Shown here in pieces: positions 1-12,406 of a stretch of 64,000 nucleotides of DNA. The DNA comes from the human T2T-CHM13v2.0 reference genome, Homo sapiens: assembly GCF_009914755.1 (NCBI RefSeq), contig NC_060925.1; one strand, given 5' to 3'. Below the pieces are notes generated by a model. It was not told where the DNA came from. It ran no database searches and saw nothing but the letters and a program-made list of their open reading frames with translations. The translations under genes were made by a program, and so were the position numbers. How positions within the stretch are numbered: the stretch's first letter is position 1; each line of letters begins with the position of its first letter.

Positions 1-49
1 TCAATAGAAGGTCAGCAATTACTGCAAGTTGAACTCAGTATTTTCTAAG

Positions 50-371
50 GCGATGCTGATCATAGAAATATAATGTGGGCCACATACATAATTTTAATTT
101 TCCAGTATCCACATTAAAACAGGTAAAAAGAGACAGGTGAAATTAATTTTTATCATATATTTTAGCACAATATAACCAAGATATTATTATTCCAACATAC
201 AACCAGTACTTGAAAGTATTAATAATATATTTTACATTCTCTTTTTTTAATACTACGTTTTTGAAATTCAATGTGTAATTTACACTGACAACATGTCTCT
301 CTTCAGGCTAACCCCATTTTAAGTGCTCAGTAGTGCCTTGAGGCGAATGGCTACTATACTGGGCAGTGCAG
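50..371. mobile_element. MER33-like hAT-Charlie MITE
   Basis: Matches ATAGAAATATAATG..GCCACATA..AGGTGAAATTAATTTT..TGGCTACTATACTGGGCAGTGCAG termini and body. Confidence 0.75.
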
Positions 372-1609
372 TCCTAAGAGCTCAAATGAATAGTGAATTT
401 TTTTTAAAAGCACTTATTTAATGTATTGTCTGCTGAATAAAATTTTCAAGAACATCAAACATTTTAATGCATCTTATTAAATTGGTTATAGAGTATTATA
501 ATCAACGATAACTAAGGAAAAGTCACTGCCATTTTTTTAAAGAAAATTTAACATTAGGAAAACTGAAAACTAAAAATAAAGATAAACGGGGTTAAAGATA
601 TCCATTAGTTAACTTTTGTGGTAGAATGCTCTGTCCAACAGAATTTGAAGACCAATGCTTTGAATAACGTAGGTCATTTACAGCTCCAAAAAAAATGAAA
701 GCCCTGAGAGCTAGATCTGATGAGATCAGGGTGGGACAGAAGGAAGCAGGAAAGAGTTGGAGATAGAAGGGAAGATAAGCAGGGCGCTATGGCAGTAACA
801 AAGAGAGGGCCCTGGTGGAAGCAGGGACAACACAGGGCTTCACCTTCATTTCATTTTTGCCAAGAACCAGTCCTGTTATTGAATAAGTCTGTGCCTCTAC
901 ACAGCCTGATTGCACCAGTTTGTGATTATATTTTGCTCTGGCCCTTTCTTTTCTATATTCACAAGAGATGTATCTGAAGGCATGGCTCATTTTCTCTGTC
1001 TGACCAGCTTCATGATTGATCCTGATCAGCAGGGTCTTCCCCTCACAGAGACACAGGCAATAACCTTACTAACCTGGGCAGGGCCTTTCTGCCCCCAAAT
1101 ATCTCCTCCACTTTCTATCATGACACCTGAAGGCCACAGAGTGCCTTCCTTTGGGTTAGGACAATGTTTCTCAAACTTCAACCATTTGATTATGTCTGTC
1201 ATTGTTTTTGCCATGTCTGTGTACCACCTATACCATTGCTTACTTAATATCATTTTTCAAATTAACTCCTTTTTCTTTTTTACAACAATACATTGATTAA
1301 AGAAACTCTATATCATCACCAGGCAGTAAAACCAATGTGACTTGCCATAAATAGGAAGTTACCCTGAAGATAAAACCACTATTAAAATATTAAATGGTCA
1401 TGCTTGTACCACCTTAAACCATTTTGCCTCCACCAGTGGTACAATTACCACTAATTAGGAAATACTGGATTAAGGAACTGTCCCCAAAAAGCAATTGCTA
1501 AAACATGACTGTCAGAGAGCAGATGTGTAGCATTCACAAATACTAGTTAGCTATGAACTTTTCTTGAGTGGGGAATAGTGTTTAGGTCAGATTTTTTTTA
1601 TCTTTATTT

Positions 1610-1778
1610 TGCATAGGAATCACGTGGGAAGCTTATTTAAAATATAGGTTTCTGGGTCCCACACTAGATTTAGTAGATTTAGTAGAATTGGGTTAGGCCT
1701 GGATATCTGCATTTTTACCAAATTTTTGGGGTGATTAGAATTTGGTGGGTTAGCAAAGCCCACTTCAAGAAACCCTGG
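1610..1778. mobile_element. MER5-like hAT MITE
   Basis: GAATCAC..GGAAGCTTATTTAAAAT..TCTGGGTCCCAC..ATCTGCATTTTTA..AAGAAACCCTG. Confidence 0.6.
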
Positions 1779-2111
1779 GACATAAAACCACAAGCCAGTA
1801 TGAGATATGGAAACCTATGTCATGGATGTTAGCCCTGGGATAGCAGTAGGAGTCCAACATAGAGGAGAGGGAAGGGCATGCCCTTGAGTAATCCCCTACC
1901 ATGCAGTGTGCGCTGGACCTAGCAACTTGCTTCAAACATACAGAACACAGAAGTGATGGGATGCTGCATCAGAGAATAGGTTCTAAAACTGACCTCCACC
2001 TTGCTCACTCTTTCCCGCTCTGCTCTTCTTGCTTGCTCACTTGGATGAACCAGCTGCCATGCTGTGACATGTCCATATAGAGAGGCCCATGTGGCAAGGG
2101 ACTAAGGGCAG

Positions 2112-3010
2112 TATATTATTTCCTGCAGCTGCTATCACAAATTACCACAAAGTTGGTGGCTTAAAACAACAGAAATCTGTTTTCTCAGTCCTGGAGGCCA
2201 GAAGTCAGAAATCAATTTCACCGGGCCCAAAATCAAGGCATTGGCAGGGCTTTGCTTCCCTTGGTAGCTCTAGGAAGAATCTATTCTTGCCTCTTCCAGC
2301 TTCAGGTGGCTACCAGCATCCTTTGGCTTGTGGCTGCATCACTCCAGGCTCTGCCTCTGTTGGTGGCATTGCATTCCTCTTTGGTGTCTAATCTCCCTCT
2401 GCCTCTCTCTTATAAGAACACTTCTGATGGCATTAAAGGGACCACCCAGATAATCCAGAATAATCTCATCTCCTAAATCTTAATCTCATAGGTAAAAAAA
2501 AAAAAATTAACTATATAATAAATTTTATGTGTATTTGACCATAAGGAAATAAATTTTTTTAACTTTGCCATATGATGTGGTTTGGCTGTGTCCCCACCGA
2601 AATCTCATCTCGAACTGTAGCTCCCATAACCCCATGTGTCGTGGGAGGGACCCAATAGGAGGTAGTTGAATCATGGGGGCAGGTTTTTCCCAGGCTGTTC
2701 TCATGATAGCAAATAAGTCTTACGAGATCTGATGGTTTTATAAAGGGCAGTTCCCCTCCACACACTCTCTTGCCTGCTGCATGTAAGACGTGCTTTTGCT
2801 CCTCCTTTACCTTCCACCATGATTGTGAGGCCTCCCCAGACATGTGGAACTATGAGTCCATCAAATCTCTCTTTTATTTATAAATTATCCAGTCTCAGGT
2901 ATGTCTTTATTAGCAGCATGAGAACAGACTAATAAACCATACAAGATAACATTCACAGATCCAGAGAATAGGCCCTCTTATCTTTGGGGGCGACCATTCA
3001 ACCCCCTACA
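2112..3010 (-). mobile_element. MLT1C/D-like MaLR solo LTR, split by THE1
   Basis: ACAAATTACCACAAAGTTGGTGGCTTAAAACAACAGAAAT ... ATTCAACCCCCTACA; 5-bp TSD GGCAG at 2107-2111 and 3011-3015. Confidence 0.8.
2573..2936 (+). mobile_element. THE1 (B/C-like) solo LTR
   Basis: TGATGTGGTTTGGCTGTGTCCCCACC ... TTTATTAGCAGCATGAGAACAGACTAATA; TSD CCATA at 2568-2572 and 2937-2941. Confidence 0.9.
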
Positions 3011-5529
3011 GGCAGCTACCAGCCAACAACTAGGGAGGATCTGAGGACCTCAGTTCACCAGCATGTGAGAAACTGAGGCCTACCAACAACCACACGAGTG
3101 AATTTGGAAGCAGTTGAACTTGGAAGCAGGCTTGAGATGACTGCAACCCAATTGAAGCCCTGATTGCAGCCTTGTGAGAAACCTTGACCCAGAGAATCCA
3201 GTAAAGCCATTCCCAGATTATTGGCCCACAGAAACTATTTTTAAAAATTGCTTTTTAAAGCAACTAAATGTTGTGATAATTTGTTACACAGTAACAAATA
3301 ACTAACAGTTGCTTTGCTCAAGACTCATAAAATGCTAATTCATTATATATTCATTATGTTGTATTCACATCTAAGATAAAAATTAGAGCCAAAACTGTTG
3401 CATATAATGGACGGAGGCCACTTGATATTATAACAAGAGCACAAGCTATTCATTAGAAAAAGCAACCTTGAACAGTTGTTTAACTTCTCTGAGCCTTTGT
3501 TTCCATTTGTGTTAGATGAAGATAATGATACTTTTCCAGGTGTATTATGGATAATACTTTATGACATATGTGAAGCATTTAGTTCAGTATCTGGCATCAA
3601 ATGACCAATAAATAGTAGCCTATATAATTTTCATGTACCTCAAGAAAATATATATTTTAAAATAGCATTAAATATATTTTAGGCTTATCATTTTAGATTT
3701 TTAAATGAAATTAGAGTTGACCTTTGAGAGGTCAATTATTTGGTGTTATTTTAAACAAATGAAAATGATCTAACAATGGACTTTTTCATCTTTATGGGCC
3801 ATGCCAGGTATACTCTGGGTACCCTTTATGGCCAATCCTGTAATTAATATGAAGTATGGAGTCAGAACATGAGGGAATAAAAAAGGCAAAACAAAATTAT
3901 TTTAGCTACAGTCAGTGAAACATCTATTGACAGAGAGAGGGGATACAATCACTGAACAAGAGCAAACCAATAAAGACCTTGAAACCAAGTATGCATCTGG
4001 GAAGCAGTCCAGAGATTGACTGCAGGTCCATTTAGGGGTTAGGGCAGGGTGAAGAGGCTGAATCATGTGGAGAGCTGGGGAGGCAGTTTCAGAAACATCT
4101 TGCAGGGCAAGAGGATGAAGGTCGATGGTAAGGACATTGAAAGATGCGGAAGCTAGAGGACTAAAGAGACAATCTCTCTTTCATACAAGGTTAGATCTGT
4201 AGTTGTATCTCTGAATTTGATAAGCACTTAACTTCTGATCTCTCCTCACCCCTGAAATAAAGAATCTTATTGGATCCTCTCCCAGGTATCTTCTAGCTGA
4301 CATTTATGGCTTCTTTCCATTTAAAAGTGGAATATTCCCCCACAAGTGTGCTGGGAAAGTCTCAGCTTTCAGATGAACAATGAAATATGCTGGATACAGT
4401 CAGCTGCTACTTGGCTTCACCTTCTGCTCTTTCTCTAGTGTCAGTACTTACTCCTCATCTAGGAAGAGAATCAGTGCTTAACGTGAGAGAAAAAGAACCC
4501 AAAAGATGGCTTTCTGAGGGGCTTCGCACAGCCTGATAAGACAATGTATTTTCTCCCCAACGCTGTCATCTGGGGAAACACTGTCATCCCCAACAGTGTC
4601 ACTGGGGCCCCGACCTTGAGTACTGACGTGGGGGAACTGATGTTCTTTCAATGGGGTTTTTAAAGGCACACCAGCAGTCACAGGCATACACACAGTTTCT
4701 GGCATTTATGAAGAATTGGGGTTTCTTTTAAGAGGAAAAAAAAGAATAAACCAAATTGTTCATTCCTTTTCTAAAGTATTGTATATTGGCTTTGTATTTG
4801 AGGACTGCCTTGTTATCTTCATGTTTTCAGGCCTCCCCCTGTCCCATAGCCTAGGGGGAATCGCCATGGCCCTGATTTGTGTATGTAGACAGTGCTGTTT
4901 CCATTCCTCTTGGCCTTGACCTCTGCCTCTTCACACCTCCTCCCACTCACCCAGCCAGCGGGCAGCCCACCCAGAAGCCCTTGCGCCAGCAGTTACCTGG
5001 CAACAGCGACAATCACGCTAACAGGCAGCAACACAGCAGCAGAGACCAGAGAGCTCTGAGTCTTCCAGAATCTAAGCAGGGAAGGGAAGGGGGGCAAACG
5101 GCTGTTTTTATCAATGGCTTTTCGTCCCTACCCATACTGTTTTCCTGTCTCACACATTCCATGCTCCAGCTCCCAACACCCAACCCCCAACCCCCAATTT
5201 CTATCATCGCCTGGGTGAAACTAGCCTCCAATCCAGAGTTTAATAACAGCCACAGAGATTCATATGGAATTGTGTACTTGGGGAGACCCAATAATCATCC
5301 CCCTTAATTCCAATGCAGAATGCTCAGGAGTTAATCAATCCTAGTTTCCATCTGTGCACATGTTGTGTTGCAGTCCAAGGATGTACTTGACCACCCAACT
5401 GGCCTGCTGTAATAGAGACCTAAGTGCTGTGTACTCAGAAACACTGACAAGCTATTATCTTACTTCTTGCCTCCCTGGCCACAATTCTACAGTAAGTGCT
5501 ACCAGAGAGTGGGGCATAAGCATACCAGT

Positions 5530-5730
5530 TAGTAATAGCTAATATTTACTGATACTTATTCTGTTCTAGGCTCTGTGCTGAGCACTATACAGACACATCT
5601 AACTTTCAAAACAGCCATATGAGATAAATAATATTACTATCTCCATTTTACCAATGAGCAAAACTGAGGCATCAAAGGTCGTACATCTATTAAGAGCAGG
5701 GTCAGAATTTGAACTCATTTCAGGATTTGA
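5530..5730 (-). mobile_element. MIR, the target of the SVA insertion
   Basis: ATTACTATCTCCATTTTACCAATGAGCAAAACTGAGGC core. Confidence 0.7.
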
Positions 5731-5739
5731 ACTCATGTT

Positions 5740-7992
5740 GTTTTTTTTGTTTGTTTTTTTTTTTTTTTTTTTTTTTAATTGATCATTCTTGGGTGTTTCT
5801 CGCAGAGGGGGATTTGGCAGGGTCACAGGACAATAGTGGAGGGAAGGTCAGCAGATAAACAAGTGAACAAAGGTCTCTGGTTTTCCTAGGCAGAGGACCC
5901 TGCGGCCTTCCGCAGTGTTTGTGTCCCTGGGTACTTGAGATTAGGGAGTGGTGATGACTCTTAAGGAGCATGCTGCCTTCAAGCATCTGTTTAACAAAGC
6001 ACATCTTGCACCACCCTTAATCCATTCAACCCTGAGTGGATACAGCACATGTTTCAGAGAGCACAGGGTTGGGGGTAAGGTCACCTATCAACAGGATCCC
6101 AAGGCAGAAGAATTCTTCTTAGTACAGAACAAAATGAAAAGTCTCCCATGTCTACCTCTTTCTACACAGACACGGCAACCATCCGATTTCTCAATCTTTT
6201 CCCCACCTTTCCCCCCTTTCTATTCTACAAAACCGCCATTGTCATCATGGCCCGTTCTCAATGAGCTGTTGGGTACACCTCCCAGACGGGGTGGTGGCCG
6301 GGCAGAGGGGCTCCTCACTTCCCAGTAGGCGCGGCCGGGCAGAGGCGCCCCTCACCTCCCGGACGGGGCGGCTGGCCGGGTGGGGGGCTGACCCCCCCAC
6401 CTCCCTCCTGGACGGGGCGGCTGGCCGGGCAGAGGGGCTCCTCACTTCCCAGTAGGCGCGGCCGGGCAGAAGCTCCCCTCACCTCCCGGACGGGGCGGCT
6501 GGCCGGGTGGGGGGCTGACCCCCCCACCTCCCTCCCGGACGGGGCGGCTGGCCGGGCGGGGGGGCTGAACCCCCCACCTCCCTCCCGGACGGGGCGGCTG
6601 GCCGGGCGGGGGGCTGACCCCCCCACCTCCCTCCCGGACAGGGCGGCTGGCCGGGCAGAGGCGCCCCTCACTTCCGGGACGGGGCGGCTGGCCGGGCGGG
6701 GGGCTGACCCCGCCACCTCCCTCCCGGACGGGGCGGCTGGCCGGGCAGAGGGGCTCCTCACTTCCCAGTAGGGGCGGCCGGGCAGAGGCGCCCCTCACCT
6801 CCCAGACGGGGCGGCTGGCTGGGCGGGGGGCTGACCCCCCCACCTCCCTCCCGGACGGGGCGGCTGGCCGGGCAGAGGGGCTCCTCACTTCCCAGTAGGG
6901 GCGGCCGGGCAGAGGCGCCCCTCACCTCCCGGACAGGGCGGCTGGCTGGGCGGGGGGCTGACCCCCCCACCTCCCTCCCGGACGGGGCGGCTGGCCGCGC
7001 AGAGGGGCTCCTCACTTCCCAGTAGGGGCGGCCGGGCAGAGGCGCCCCTCACCTCCCGGACGGGGCGGCTGGCCGGGCGGGGGGCTGACCCCCCCACCTC
7101 CCTCCCGGAGGAGGTGGCTGCCGGGCGGAGACGCTCCTCACTTCCCAGACGGGGTGGCTGCTGGGCGGAGGGGCTCCTCACTTCTCAGACGGGGCGGTTG
7201 CCAGGCAGAGGGTCTCCTCACTTCTCAGACGGGGCGTCCGGGCAGAGACGCTCCTCACATCCCGGACGGGGCGGCAGGGCAGAGGTGCTCCCCACATCCC
7301 AGACAGGGCGGCGGGGCAGAGGTGCTCCCCACATCTCAGACGATGGGCGGCCGGGCAGAGACGCTCCTCACTTCCCAGATGTGATGGCGGCCGGGAAGAG
7401 GCGCTCCTCACTTCCTAGATGGGATGGCGGCCGGGCAGAGATGCTCCTCACTTTCCAGACTGGGCAGCCAGGCAGAGGGGCTCCTCACATCCCAGACGAT
7501 GGGTGGCCAGGCGGAGACGCTCCTCACTTCCCAGACGGGGTGGCGGCCGGGCAGAGGCTGCAATCTCGGCACTTTGGGAGGCCAAGGCAGGCGGCTGGGA
7601 GGTGGAGGTTGTAGCGAGCCGAGATCACGCCACTGCACTCCAGCCTGGGCACCATTGAGCACTGAGTGAACGAGACTCCGTCTGCAATCTCGGCACCTCG
7701 GGAGGCCGAGGCTGGCGGATCACTCGCGGTTAGGAGCTGGAGACCAGCCCGGCCAACACAGCGAATCCCCGTCACCACCAAAAAAATACGAAAACCAGTC
7801 AGGCGTGGTGGCGCGCGCCTGCAATCGCAGGCACTCGGCAAGCTGAGGCAGGAGAATCAGGCAGGGAGGTTGCAGTGAGCCGAGATGGCAGCAGTACCGT
7901 CCAGCTTTGGCTCGGCATCAGAGGGAGACCGTGGAAAGAGAGGGAGAGGGAGAGGGACAGGGACAGGGACAGGGACAGGGAGAGGGAGAGGG
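5740..7992 (-). mobile_element. Full-length SVA retrotransposon (young type, SVA_D-F like)
   Basis: On the + strand: poly(T) 5740-5776, SINE-R ~5777-6275, GC-rich VNTR ~6276-7555, Alu-like domain ~7556-7935, nine hexamers 7939-7992. TSD ACTCATGTT at 5731-5739 and 7993-8001. L1 endonuclease site TT|AAAA on the element strand. Confidence 0.97.
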
Positions 7993-8984
7993 ACTCATGT
8001 TTTTAACTACTTTTTTATGTAGTTAAAAGCTGAAAGATGGTAGGATTTGCTAAGAAGGAACCTGAATGGTAAGGCAGAGATGAAAATTATCAAACTGTAA
8101 CAATCAGGGGACACAATTAATTACATAAAGTCGCTTAATGGAATATGCTAAGGAAAACTTATTCCTCAATTAAAGTGGCATTGTGCAATAACAGAGACTG
8201 ATCAACCTCTTTCAGCAGAATCCTGGAAAACTATGTAAACACCCACAGGCCTTGGAAGATGTTAGTGTCAATCTACTGGGAAGATGACCCCTGAAGACCC
8301 TGTAATCCTCATCATTCTGTGATTCAAAGGGAAAAGCAATATGGCCATGTGAGTCAGTACAAAGAGCATGGGATTTGGAATGAGAAGACCTGAACTTCAG
8401 TCCTGGCTTGGCTATCCACTCACTTTGTGACCTCAAAGAAGTTGAATGAACATGTATTGAGCCTATGTCTTGCAGCAAGTACTGACTTAGGATTTGAGGA
8501 AATAAGATCACCAGACTTGGGACATGTCCTGAAGTGGGTCATTGACTCATGGAGCACCGAGAATTGTAGACAATTTCCTCACATTTTCCTTATATATAGA
8601 CCAAGCAAACTAACAGCAACTTCTTAGAGTTGTGAGCATCAAACAAGATAGAGGTTGTGAAAAGGACTTGGGGACTATATGTCACGCAAAGTTAGTGGTA
8701 ATTATTAATGCTAAGACTGAACTCATAATAACTCATAGATATTATCATGGTCATCACCTACATGATATGATCCCTACTGACCCTTCCAGCATCATTTCCC
8801 ACTAGCTCTCTGTCCTTCTTGGTTGAACAGACCAAAATATTCCTGTCTCAGGGTCTTTGCATTGCCTGAAATGCATTTACCCCAGTTATCTGCACAGTTA
8901 ATTCTTTCATTTTATTCACACTTTTACTCAAAAGTTATATTCCCCATGGAGGGCCTCTCTGTTCACCATATCTAAAATAGAAAA

Positions 8985-9110
8985 CATGTGTATACACACA
9001 CAATGCACACACATACACATGCATACAACACACATGCATATAGACATGCTACATACACATACCCACACACATATACACACAAGACACATGTGCATATATG
9101 TATGCACATA
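8985..9110. repeat. Imperfect (CA/TA)n low-complexity tract within an L2-like relic
   Basis: Alternating purine-pyrimidine CACA/CATA repeats. Confidence 0.8.
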
Positions 9111-9361
9111 CTCTCTAGTTCCTTATCCTGCTTTATTTTTCTTCAGAGTACTACCTCTTCCTGAAACTATGTTTTTATATGCTTGTTCACATGTTTGTTA
9201 TCTGACTCTCCACTGTAAGTTCTGTGAGGGCAGAGACTTTGGCTTGTTCAACATCGTATTTCCAGTCCCAGAACAACTCCTGACTCATAATGTACACTCA
9301 ATAATTATTGAAATATAATTCATATACCATACAATTCACCTATTTAAAGTATAAAATCCAA

Positions 9362-9633
9362 TGTTGTTTGTTTGTTTTTTGAGACAGGGTCTTACTCTCT
9401 CATCCAAGCTGACATCCCTGCAGTCACTGCTGCTTTAACTTCCTGGGCTCGAGAGTAGCTGGGACACAGGTGCACATCACCACATCTGGCTAACTAAAAA
9501 AAAAAAAATTGTGGAGATGGGGTCCCACTATGTTGCCCAGGCTGGTGTTGAACTCCTTGGCTCAAGCAATCCTCTCAGTGCCTCCACCTCCCAAAGTGTT
9601 GGGATTACAGGTGTAAGCCACCATACCCAGCCC
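9362..9633 (-). mobile_element. AluJ-like with internal deletion, inserted in an L1M 3' end
   Basis: GAGACAGGGTCTTACTCT ... GGCTCAAGCAATCCTC ... GCCACCATACCCAGCC. Confidence 0.85.
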
Positions 9634-9654
9634 AATTCATTGTTTTTTAAGACA

Positions 9655-10014
9655 CAGTCATGTGCCACATAATAAAGTTTCAGTCAACATTAGACTGCAT
9701 ATAAGATGGTGGTCCCATAAGTTTATAATGGAGCAGAAAAATCCCTATTGCCTAGTGACATAGCCATTGTAACGTTGTAGTAACGTATTACCTTTTCTAT
9801 GTTTAGTTGTGTGTAGAGACAAAAATACCACTGTGTTACAATTGCCTTCGTTATTCAGTACAGTAACGTGCTATACAGGTTTGTTGCCTAGGTGTGTAGT
9901 TGGCTATACTAAATTTGGGTAAGTACACAACTTTTTGTTGTTTCACACGAGAACGAAATCACCTACTGATGCATTTCTCAGAATATATTGCTGTCATTAA
10001 ACTATGCATGTCTG
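9655..10014. mobile_element. Tigger3a (MER7A)-like TcMar MITE
   Basis: CAGTCATGTGCCACATAA ... TGCATTTCTCAGAA..ATGCATGTCTG terminal inverted repeats. Confidence 0.75.
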
Positions 10015-10929
10015 TATTTACAGTGTTGTCCAAACATGATCACAATTTTAGAACACTTTCATCACCCCAGAAAGAAACCCATACCTGTGAGTGCCACTCT
10101 CTATTATCCCCTTAAGCCACCCTACCACCCCCGACCCTTGCCTTAGGCAATTATGAGTCTACTTTCTGTCTCTATAGATTTGTCTATTCTGGACACTTCA
10201 CATACATGAAATTATACATATATGGTCTTTTTGAAATTAAATTTTGACTAATGAACAAATTACTAAATCCAATTCTTTGCCACACCCTCTAGATATAAAT
10301 AGTTCTTCAGAAAGCTTCCTTTCAAGAATTTTGAGCAATCTAACATTCAATCTGCAAGACAGAGAATTGGTCTGACCAAAATACAACAAAAATCTCACTT
10401 ATTTATGTTGTGTTTTATTTTTTAATTGTGACATTTTGACAGAAGTCGAACATAAGCTTCCCTTTGCCCTAGAAACAGGAATAAAAGAGAAAGAGTTGAC
10501 AGAATAAACACATAAAATGAAATTCTGAAGGGCCTATTTATTTACTCATGAGAACCAACTGTTTTCAAACATTCTGAATTGGAAATGATTTAATTCTAAT
10601 CTAAGCAAAGGCCAGCAAGCCTGGTACTCTGATATGTTGATTACAAATCATTCTCTATTCTTTAAAGCAGAACCTTGATCGGGCAACTTTGGTAGATGTA
10701 ATTCCACGCATCCAAGGACTTGAAAGTAATAAAATGGACTTTTATTATTTACAATCATTTCATAATTGACTTCACCAACCAGACTGGCTCTCCCTTTCAA
10801 TTATTTTAAATCAGTGAGATTCTACTGCATAAATACACTCTTCTCCAACAATCATTGTTAAACCATTTGTCATATTTGATTCACATAAAGCCAAATGATA
10901 TTAAGTGTATAAGTTAAACCACGAACTAA

Positions 10930-11400
10930 GTTCTTAGAATTGGAATGGAACTTTAGGGCACTGAGCATAATCTCTTACCCAAACTGAAATCCCTGCCATA
11001 GCTTCCTAGCTTGAAATATCCCAGTGATTTTTCCCACATGTACATCACTTTCTCCCTATCCTGACCATCTTTACTTGAGACAGCCTCCACCATCATTCCC
11101 AACAACTTTAATGTTCAAATATTCATCCTTCTAATAAATTCCTCAAGTATCCTAAAGATTTTTCCCACATGTACATCACTTTCTCCCTATCCTGACCTTC
11201 TTTTAGTCCAAGTTCTGCCCTCTAGGGTAAAGAAGAGGATACCTGTTTATTCCTATTTGGGGCAAGTGAGTCCCTCAAATATCTGAAGACCTCTTCCCTG
11301 CCTAGAAATTCTTCCCTGGGCTAAAAAGCCCCCAGGCCATCTTACAACTTGGTTTTCAGACCCCCTCTCCAAAATACTGCCACCCCAGGTACCACCTTTC
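10930..11400 (-). mobile_element. Ancient L3/CR1-like fragment
   Basis: TTGAAATATCCCAGTGA, GTCCAAGTTCTGCCCTCTAGGG and CCCTCAAATATCTGAAGAC resemble the L3 3' consensus. Confidence 0.5.
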
Positions 11401-11589
11401 TGATCATCCACCAATCCGCTGCTATCCTTCAGTACAAATCTGCAAAATAGGCATTTAACTAAGAACTTTTCTAATGTGTTTCCAATAAAAAAGAGACCAT
11501 ATATGGCTAGAATTAATTGTTAAAATAACTTCTTAGATGCAAACACAATATATATGATGATGTCAAGAGTATATAAATGAAAACTTCCA

Positions 11590-11952
11590 GGTGGGGTGCA
11601 GTGGCTCACTCCTGTAATCCCAACACTTTGGGAGGCCAAGGCAGACAGATCACTTAAGTCCAGGAGTTCAAGACCACCCTGGCCAACATGATGAAACCCT
11701 GTCTCTACTAAAAATACAAAAATTAGCTGGGCAGGGTGGCTTATGCCTGTAATCCCAACTACATAAGAATCACTTGAACTCAGAAGGCAGAGGTTGCAGT
11801 GAGTGGAGATCGCGCCACTGCACTCCAGCCTGGGCAATAGAGTAAGACTCTGTCAAAAAAAGAAAGAAAGAAAGAAGGAGGAAAGAAAGAAAGAAGGAAG
11901 GAAGGAAGGAAAGAGAGAGAGAGAGAAAAGGAGGGAGGGAGGAAGGAAGGAA
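11590..11952 (+). mobile_element. AluS-like with GA-rich expanded tail
   Basis: Alu dimer with a small deletion in the right arm; (GAAA/GGAA/GA)n tail at 11855-11952. Confidence 0.9.
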
Positions 11953-12103
11953 ATTTCCCAACTTAGGACATCTGTAGGCTTTTCACATTCATTTGTCATC
12001 AAGGACTGCTTCGAGTTAAAATGAACAGATCCCATTTAAACAAAAGACAATGTCTTCTTTAAAGATAGGAAATGCATCAGATGCTCTGACCTGCATCTCC
12101 TAT

Positions 12104-12246
12104 CTTTTGCTTTTGTTATTGTTTTTGAGACAGATTCTTGCTGTGTTGCCCAGGCTGGAGTGCAATGGCATGAACATAGCTCACTGGATCCTCCTATTTC
12201 AACCTCCCAAGTAGCTGGGACTACAGGCACGTGTCAACACTGCTGG

Positions 12247-12288
<42 letters not shown>

Positions 12289-12406
12289 TAGAGATGGAGA
12301 TCTCGTTATATTGCCCAGGCTGGTTCAAACTCCTGGGCTCAAGCAATCTTCCTCCCTCAGCTTCACAAAGCACTGGGATTACAGGCCTGAGCCACCATTC
12401 CTGGCC
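12104..12406 (-). mobile_element. AluJ-like with an expanded middle poly(T)
   Basis: Antisense Alu arms around a T-run of about 38 nt (~12250-12287). Confidence 0.85.

Larger units (their letters stand above)
1880..3307 (+). mobile_element. Old MLT1 (E/F-like) MaLR solo LTR, split by the insertion at 2112-3010
   Basis: AGAGGCCCATGTGGCAAGGGACTAAGGGCAG resumes at 3011 and ends ATTTGTTACACAGTAACAAATAACTAACA. Confidence 0.75.

Noticed and set aside
4587-4607. CAGTGT loop suggesting an iron-responsive element
   Set aside because: The five bases on each side of the loop do not pair, and the site is not in an identifiable UTR.
6276-7555. Regular repeat array and CpG-island-like composition
   Set aside because: This is the SVA VNTR, with no unique spacers, so it is neither a CRISPR array nor a gene promoter island.
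5783-7878. Many overlapping Pro/Gly/Arg-rich ORFs of 64-166 aa
   Set aside because: They are by-products of the stop-poor, GC-rich SVA sequence. SVAs are non-coding.
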